A DNA stretch of 57,014 bases, from contig JAYZAL010000007.1 of the NCBI GenBank assembly GCA_036339735.1, forward strand, positions 1 to 57,014, read 5' to 3'. Shown here in pieces: positions 51,031-57,014 of this stretch. The position numbers and the translations under genes were made by a program. The DNA comes from Candidatus Poribacteria bacterium (GTDB lineage: Bacteria > Poribacteria > WGA-4E > UBA9662). Each line of letters opens with the position of its first letter. Position 1 is the stretch's first letter. The notes below the pieces were generated by a model. The model ran no database searches. It had not been told where the DNA came from and saw nothing but the letters and a program-made list of their open reading frames with translations.

Positions 51031-51115
51031 GTACAAAATAAATAAGTAACCGAGAAACTGATTTCCGTTCATCGTTGACGGGTGGTGGTTATTTTAACCA
51101 CTTAGAATGCACAGA

Positions 51116-52387
51116 TTAAGGTTTCCAAACTATTTCTACTAATTTCCAAGATTGCAGAGTTTCAATTGGTGGAAGCACGCCATCCGGTCCGCTCCATGTA
51201 CCCGAAAAAATATACATAAGGCGCTTTGATCTAGGTGCTGAACAAATAACTTTTCCTGATAATTCCTCGATACCTGGGAAGCAATTTTTGTTCATTTGAT
51301 CGCTATAGATTTGATAGTAGGAGAAACCAAGATTAGGTCCCAATTCGTTTACTACATTTTTACTCTTAATTTGTATGCTAAATATATATTGGTGATCATT
51401 CGTTGGGTTGATAACTAGTATATCTTGACTATCTCTTTTAATACGGAATATGGGGAATTCTTCTCCTTCAGTACTACTGACATCTTCAACTATATCAAAG
51501 TTTGGAAATAACTCCTGTATCTTATCTTTACTGAATTTAGTCTTCGAATCAATGCCTGCCAATCCTTTTTCAGAAATGGATAAAATTGATCTTTGTTCAA
51601 TTTTATCCATTTCGACCTTATCTGATTGTAAAATAGGCAAATCCCATTCTGATAGATTAACTTTGGATTCTATTACATGCTGTAATCTCTCTGACATTTG
51701 GCTGAGGAAGTCAAGATTCGTTTTTTTTTCGATTTGATCAATACTAACAACAAAACTTGACAAGGGTTTGTTGTTAGTGTTTCGATTAGGAATTATAAAA
51801 GCTACAGCTTTTACCTCCGGTTGATAATTATCAATGATAATTTTGTAGTACCACTGCGGTACAGCAACTTTGTTGAGTCCAATAGTTTTATGGTTAGGTT
51901 GAATAATAGGGCCAGTAATAATATAGAGTTCTTTTTCTTTTAGCACCCATTTTCGAATTTTTTCTTCCAAGACACGCCATATACCGCGATTGAGAGATGG
52001 TACTTGAGGGCTTATATTGGCTAATAAAAAACTCTCCGACATAGCTTTCTCGGACCACGCCATGTCGGCGGCTGGTGCTAGGTGACCACGATCGTATCCA
52101 GATCCTTTGTAATCAGACAAAATGGCAGAACCTGTCTCAATGTAGGGATCCACACGGTAGTTGTTTGTACGCTTAGACACCTTATTTTGGATTTCATCTT
52201 TAGTCAGTTTATAACTGACCCATAAAGGTTGCTCGTATACTTCAGAATATAGAAGCGCATATCCAATACGGTCGACCAATTGACCGTTATGAGAGGGAAT
52301 ACCAAGATCGAGATTATCTCTAGCCCAACCTAAAAAACTTATTGTGAGCAGAGAGAAGAAAAATATGACGAAACTACTATTTTTCAC
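51116..52387 (-). CDS. Secreted DNA/RNA non-specific endonuclease (NucA/EndA type) fused to C-terminal DUF1131 (YfeY-like) domain
   Basis: Signal peptide; GSGYDRGHLAPAAD, SF..ANISPQ..LNRG.W..LE, ITGP, VP..YYK; C-terminal C..V.C.AP..Y.FSG.W.GPDG.LPP...L..W....IVW. Confidence 0.88.
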   Translation of the reverse strand: MKNSSFVIFFFSLLTISFLGWARDNLDLGIPSHNGQLVDRIGYALLYSEVYEQPLWVSYKLTKDEIQNKVSKRTNNYRVDPYIETGSAILSDYKGSGYDRGHLAPAADMAWSEKAMSESFLLANISPQVPSLNRGIWRVLEEKIRKWVLKEKELYIITGPIIQPNHKTIGLNKVAVPQWYYKIIIDNYQPEVKAVAFIIPNRNTNNKPLSSFVVSIDQIEKKTNLDFLSQMSERLQHVIESKVNLSEWDLPILQSDKVEMDKIEQRSILSISEKGLAGIDSKTKFSKDKIQELFPNFDIVEDVSSTEGEEFPIFRIKRDSQDILVINPTNDHQYIFSIQIKSKNVVNELGPNLGFSYYQIYSDQMNKNCFPGIEELSGKVICSAPRSKRLMYIFSGTWSGPDGVLPPIETLQSWKLVEIVWKP

Positions 52388-52419
52388 GTGTTTTCTGAAC
52401 GGGAATTATAAAAAAACAG

Positions 52420-52507
52420 ATAAGAATCGGGACCTATATAAGAACCTTGGCCTGGTTTTATAGACCCCGATTCTTATTCTAAAATATATCTAAAAAATAA
52501 GAATCGG
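52420..52507. repeat. Long inverted repeat plus a third partial copy upstream of the nuclease gene
   Basis: ATAAGAATCGGGACCTATA (52420-52438) / TATAGACCCCGATTCTTAT (52459-52477), 17/19 complementary; ATAAGAATCGG again at 52497-52507. Confidence 0.65.
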
Positions 52508-52684
52508 AAGAAGAAATTGTGGATATACCACAATTTGATATCGTGGAATTAAATTCTCTTAGGCCAATTTTTGGCTAAAATCTAAAATATTGAGATCTTG
52601 ATTCTAAATGCTGGGCAATAATAATTTTATTGTCCTGATATAATACTAACGAGTCAGAATTCGTCTCACCCTCTTGGTGCCCAG

Positions 52685-53836
52685 TTAATTTTCAACAATT
52701 TCAACTTCAATTGGATTAGCGTAACATTTATAATAATTTTCCACTTTCGCTTCAGGGGTAGTACCCTCATGTACATAGGCACAAAACTGAAGGTGAAAGC
52801 TATCATTTTCTAACTCACTGGGAGGATGGTGCAGAATGCTCATTTGTTCTGGAACAGCTATCTCACCGAAAAAACCTGGGTGTTCAGGGTTGGAAGGATG
52901 ATCAAATAAAGCTAGTCCATTAACTCCGTCACCTACATTCCCGGCTAGATCGCACCAAGAGGCCCGCTGATGATGTACTTCAGATCTTCCCAATTGGCCG
53001 GATGAGTTTTCGACGTGTCCTTGTTCGGGAATTTTCATAGATGGGTTTAATCGTGCAACAAAAAGGAACTGTCGATCACCTATATCAACTGGATATGTGG
53101 TTTGATGAGCGATTTCTAAGAACCGTTTTTGGTCGTCAGCATACCAGGCTCGTACCGTCCTTGTTTCGTTCATGATGATGTCCCCATTTCCTTTAACGTG
53201 AATCAAATCCTCAACGAATTCTGCGTAGACGGGACCTTCAGTTAACCTAATGAAGCGCTGATGAAGTGTCTTCCCACATGGACCATATGGCGGCTCGTCC
53301 CAATCAGACCAAATATTGGCTGACCCACCTTCACCATGACCACCGTAAGCTAAATATAATCCAGTGTGATGGGGATGATCTTCGCCGCCCGCTCCCCTGA
53401 CAACGGATCCATGATTACCATTTAGAGGCCAAAAATATGGCTTCCAGACACCTAAAAAATTATACCGAGCGAAAACATCATCATCGACGGTGATCAGTAA
53501 GTGTGAATTTCGATCGTGAATTTGATATCGATGATCTAAGCCAGAATCACTTCGGGTTGATTCGGTTATACTAATAGCGTACCAAGCAGACTCACCGATG
53601 GTTAGATTCGACGTTTGCCAAGCTATATGTCGAGTCGATGGTTCAAACTGAATGGGTATCTCATCTACCAAAGTTTGGCCAGTTGAAGATATTTGTGAAA
53701 CCGACAATCGAGAAATCCCCTCCTGCCATTCGGGAAAATAGTCATTAGGTTTAAATGTAAAACCAACTAAGTCGTTATGGCGTTCGACTGAACCAGCATT
53801 AATTTTAACTACGACAGCATTTTTCAGGTCTTCCAT
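52685..53836 (-). CDS. DUF6807 ('PmoA family') beta-sandwich protein with N-terminal extension
   Basis: KPYFWPL, DHPHHTGL, W.D..G...G.ALFDHPSNPEHP. Confidence 0.75.
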   Translation of the reverse strand: MEDLKNAVVVKINAGSVERHNDLVGFTFKPNDYFPEWQEGISRLSVSQISSTGQTLVDEIPIQFEPSTRHIAWQTSNLTIGESAWYAISITESTRSDSGLDHRYQIHDRNSHLLITVDDDVFARYNFLGVWKPYFWPLNGNHGSVVRGAGGEDHPHHTGLYLAYGGHGEGGSANIWSDWDEPPYGPCGKTLHQRFIRLTEGPVYAEFVEDLIHVKGNGDIIMNETRTVRAWYADDQKRFLEIAHQTTYPVDIGDRQFLFVARLNPSMKIPEQGHVENSSGQLGRSEVHHQRASWCDLAGNVGDGVNGLALFDHPSNPEHPGFFGEIAVPEQMSILHHPPSELENDSFHLQFCAYVHEGTTPEAKVENYYKCYANPIEVEIVEN

Positions 53837-54268
53837 ATTAAAGTCCTTTTGAATCTGAAATTGAATTTTAGATAGTAATTCACTATTTTAAATATATCAC
53901 TTGAACGTGAGTTAGCACACTTACAACCTTACTTAATTTAACCTTCCTTCTTTTTATAAAGCCAGATAAATTAAGAATTAACTCCCAAACCGATGTCTCT
54001 ACAATAGTTGACCCAAAATAGTGAAGGTCAGGTTATAAAGTGATGGTCACACTTCTGACCAAATGCTTCTAGTATTTATGGAACAAAGCAAGGAGATATG
54101 CGAAAAATAATGATTAATCAGTGTAGGAGAAATTACCAACTTTTCCTAAGCATGTAAAACAGAAACTCTCTACAATACTGATGAAAAAGATTGCATCTGT
54201 ATTGTCAAAACCTTCTACATTAAGTTTTTATGCCCTTACCGATAAGTCTTGATTCCTCGGATATCTTA

Positions 54269-54907
54269 TCAAAGACGGACAGCTGTCATAATAGCGAGTT
54301 TGCCTTCCGTTACCTCATGGCTGAAATTCACAAACCCAATGGATTCTAGTATTCGTTGGTGCACGTCGACCGGAAAGCGCCTCATTTTTTTTGGGTCATC
54401 ATTTTTAAAAGGGACAGTAAAATCAGCATTCAACAGCATTCCGTCTGGTTTAATTAAAGAATAAATCTTTTTATAGGCCAATTCGAGTGCTTTATATCCA
54501 CCCAAATCGTGTAACGTTTGAAAAGTATAGGCTAGATTGAAAAGTGGTAAATTTTTATACCATGATTCATCATTCAGATTTGATTGATGAAGAGACAACT
54601 TGGTCGAGTGCAGCCCCGTGAGTTTTTGTTCTGTGTAACTAATTAGCCCGGGGTTGATATCAACGCCTGTATAACTAATATTAGACAAATTATTAGATTT
54701 TAGATGGTCAATAACCAATTGAGCGAGTTGGCCAGTTCCAGGTCCTAGTTCTAATAGATGAATTTCTTCCCCTTTGAAACCTTGGAAATATTTGTCAACA
54801 ACATCAACTATAGCAGATCTAATTCGGACTCGCTCTGGCCATTTTTGGTCAAGATTTGCCAACCAATCAAGAATCTGATTTTTGTTTTCAAAGTTAGAAT
54901 AATTCAT
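54269..54907 (-). CDS. Class I SAM-dependent methyltransferase
   Basis: LLELGPGTG, YTGVDIN, TLHD, LIKPDG.LLNAD. Confidence 0.88.
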   Translation of the reverse strand: MNYSNFENKNQILDWLANLDQKWPERVRIRSAIVDVVDKYFQGFKGEEIHLLELGPGTGQLAQLVIDHLKSNNLSNISYTGVDINPGLISYTEQKLTGLHSTKLSLHQSNLNDESWYKNLPLFNLAYTFQTLHDLGGYKALELAYKKIYSLIKPDGMLLNADFTVPFKNDDPKKMRRFPVDVHQRILESIGFVNFSHEVTEGKLAIMTAVRL

Positions 54908-54990
54908 AGGCTAATCTCTATAGTAGATGGCTAGGTTTTAGTCGCATTCGGCATGGAAGAGTTTACCTCCAAAATCAATTCAATTGATTT

Positions 54991-56451
54991 TTATGGACCT
55001 TGTTGGCCAGTGGCAATTATAGTACCAGCGGGAGGTAATTGGTCCAATCGATTGGGTAGGTTGTCCTCGACCTGATTGAGCCAATTGAGAAGTTGATTAT
55101 GTAGATCGTTTTCGATATTTGAAGTCTCAATACGGCCAGATAGATTGTTCATTTCATGAGGATCGATTTCGAGATCATATAATTCATTAATATCTTGTGT
55201 GTTCCAAATGTATTTGTACCGCTCGTTACAAATAGCACGGATTTCAAAGCTGTATCCATTATATCGGTAATAAACGCCATAGGCAATCTGAGGCCAATTT
55301 GGTGGTCGTTTTGATGTTCCAATAAGCGACATCAGATCTCTTCCTAGTGAAGAGTCATTCAGTGAAGGCTGAGAATCTATCAAGGCGAAAATCGTTTCAG
55401 CAATATCGATCAGAGAGACGTAGGCGTCTTGTGCAGCTGGTAATTTTTCTGGTTGACGAATTACCAGAGGTATTCTCCAGACTTCCTCATAAAAGTAAGC
55501 ACCTTTATCGAACCGATTATGCGCACCTTCCATATCACCATGATCAGAAGTGAAAATGACAGTAGTGGAGTCGTAGAGGTTGAGAGACTCCAATTCGTTT
55601 ATGATAAGACCTAATGCTTCATCGACCATACTGATGTGGGCGTGAGAGTAAGCAATGATGGTTTTCCACTCTTCCTCGTCTAGCATTGAAGTATCCATGC
55701 ATCCCCAGAAAGGTGTAGAATGGAACCAAGGTCGTCCATCACAATTGTCTTTGAAATTGATTGGGAGTTCGATACGTTCTCGGAGTTCTTCCGCTAGAGC
55801 GACATATTCTGTTGGAAGATGATGAGGGAAGTGTGGCGGTTGCGAGGAAATTGTCAGAAAAAATGGCTTATTATCTTCTCTTTCTTTCCACTGATTGAGA
55901 AAATTGATACCTTTTTGTACTTCAGGGAAAGGCCGAAGTCTTTCTTTGTCCTTAGGTATATTACCCCAGAAGGGAGCACGCCCCTTAATAAGCTCTTTGG
56001 TCTGCTGCTCGTAATTCTTAACGCTTTTTTGATAACAATGATCAGTAGTCTTTGGATCGTAGGGTTTGCTGGAAACTTCTACGTTAGCATCAAACCCATG
56101 GGCGCCTCGTTTTTCAGGGTTATTGCCTCCTAGATGCCATTTTCCGTAGTAGCCAACATGATATCCAGTTTTTGAGGCCTCATTGATCCAACATTTTTGT
56201 TCTAAGGACATCGATTCTTGTAGAGAATATCCGACTGATTGATTATCATAAACACCGTTTTGGTGAGGCCATTTGGCAGTCAGCAAGGTTCCACGGGCGG
56301 GAGTACAAAGTGGACAAGTAGTGAATGCATTTTTAAATACTGTACCTCCTAGGGCTAGTCGGTCAATATTTGGTGTGGGAATATCAGCCCCCAAGAATCC
56401 AAACGCCCAAGCTGGCCATTGGTCAGCCAGTAGAAATAGAATATTTTTCAC
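54991..56451 (-). CDS. Formylglycine-dependent sulfatase (S1 family)
   Basis: NILFLLADQ, TPNIDRLA, CTPARG (CxPxR), GKWHLG, PPHFP, FTSDHG, ELYDL..DP.E..NL; GTG start. Confidence 0.93.
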   Translation of the reverse strand: MKNILFLLADQWPAWAFGFLGADIPTPNIDRLALGGTVFKNAFTTCPLCTPARGTLLTAKWPHQNGVYDNQSVGYSLQESMSLEQKCWINEASKTGYHVGYYGKWHLGGNNPEKRGAHGFDANVEVSSKPYDPKTTDHCYQKSVKNYEQQTKELIKGRAPFWGNIPKDKERLRPFPEVQKGINFLNQWKEREDNKPFFLTISSQPPHFPHHLPTEYVALAEELRERIELPINFKDNCDGRPWFHSTPFWGCMDTSMLDEEEWKTIIAYSHAHISMVDEALGLIINELESLNLYDSTTVIFTSDHGDMEGAHNRFDKGAYFYEEVWRIPLVIRQPEKLPAAQDAYVSLIDIAETIFALIDSQPSLNDSSLGRDLMSLIGTSKRPPNWPQIAYGVYYRYNGYSFEIRAICNERYKYIWNTQDINELYDLEIDPHEMNNLSGRIETSNIENDLHNQLLNWLNQVEDNLPNRLDQLPPAGTIIATGQQGP

Positions 56452-56591
56452 GCCGTCAAGTTTCCTTTTTAAATTTTTAACAGAGTAAGTACCCTACACT
56501 TATTACCCCTGAATGCTAATTCCCACTGGCCAGACCTCTATTGTCAATAGGCTGTTTTTTACTATTCATAAACACAAATCATCCATAGAAT

Positions 56592-57014
56592 CTAAAATCC
56601 TAAGAGTTGAGATACTTCAGAGCGTCCTTTCTCAATTTCATCTCGATTCAAACCAAGTCGAAAAGATTGATTAATAATATCAATGGTATCAGTATGCGTT
56701 GAAAGCAAGTCTGATGCTTTAATACCATTGTGCGATTGAGCTTTGATGTCAATTCCATGCTCAAGCAAAAGTTGAACCGACTTAGATCGACCTAAAAAAA
56801 CTGCACCGTGCAAAGCCGTTCCACCATCTTTATTTCTGGAGTTGATATCGACTCCTTGTTTAAGTAAAAATTTAACCATTTTGGATTTTCCGGTGGCAGC
56901 AGCGATCGATAGTGGAGTCAGGCCGAAGAAAACTGTACTCTGATCGTTAATATCGATTTGGTTTAGGTGTATTTTGACTGATTTGATATTGCCATTGGCG
57001 ATCGCCGTCCAAAA
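56592..57014 (-). CDS. Ankyrin-repeat protein, 5'-truncated by window edge
   Basis: Frame open to the right edge; GLTPLSIAAATG...MVKFLL..GVDIN..NKDGGTALHGA...G....V.LLL..G.DI. Confidence 0.88.
   Translation of the reverse strand, partial: FWTAIANGNIKSVKIHLNQIDINDQSTVFFGLTPLSIAAATGKSKMVKFLLKQGVDINSRNKDGGTALHGAVFLGRSKSVQLLLEHGIDIKAQSHNGIKASDLLSTHTDTIDIINQSFRLGLNRDEIEKGRSEVSQLLGF

Noticed and set aside
54090-54157. AAGGAG followed by a 19-codon plus-strand ORF
   Set aside because: SD-to-ATG spacing is only 2 nt and the peptide is featureless
1-57014. CRISPR arrays, tRNA/rRNA, integrase or transposase, retron/DGR reverse transcriptase, stop-codon recoding
   Set aside because: No regularly spaced repeats, T-loop/anticodon cloverleafs, RT (YxDD) or DDE/tyrosine recombinase motifs, or TGA/TAG-split conserved genes were seen by eye; a tool scan could still find weak cases

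Overview
A bacterial chromosomal segment with moderately low GC and no rRNA, tRNA, CRISPR array, integrase or transposase that I can recognise. The gene content includes DUF1501 with a PSD1/PSCyt cytochrome protein, a DUF1592/DUF1552 pair, three CotH-family kinases, three PhyH dioxygenases plus a remnant, a sulfatase, Gfo/Idh/MocA, an enolase-superfamily dehydratase, an SSS symporter and DUF6807. This fits a marine heterotroph of the Poribacteria or PVC-like type (inference only). The most notable region is an AT-rich, gene-sparse minus-strand block at about 28.6-32.4 kb that looks like a zinc/metal-starvation module. It carries a Zur-type palindrome overlapping a sigma70 promoter, two His/Asp-rich lipoproteins, Zn-independent folE2, and two unannotated microproteins with Cys-rich C-termini that are missing from the ORF track: a 43-aa secreted peptide ending ..SACNIEVSSCGCNY and a 47-aa basic peptide ending ..GGCQSGCC. 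Several proteins have unusual architectures: a CotH kinase split by an inserted beta-domain and fused to DUF805, a DUF1592 protein with a tandem 79-aa acidic duplication, HEAT-glycoside hydrolase and NucA-DUF1131 fusions, a PolX lacking its catalytic DxD, and a CE15-like esterase with a second domain lacking its nucleophile. All family calls are from motif recognition by eye; no searches were run.
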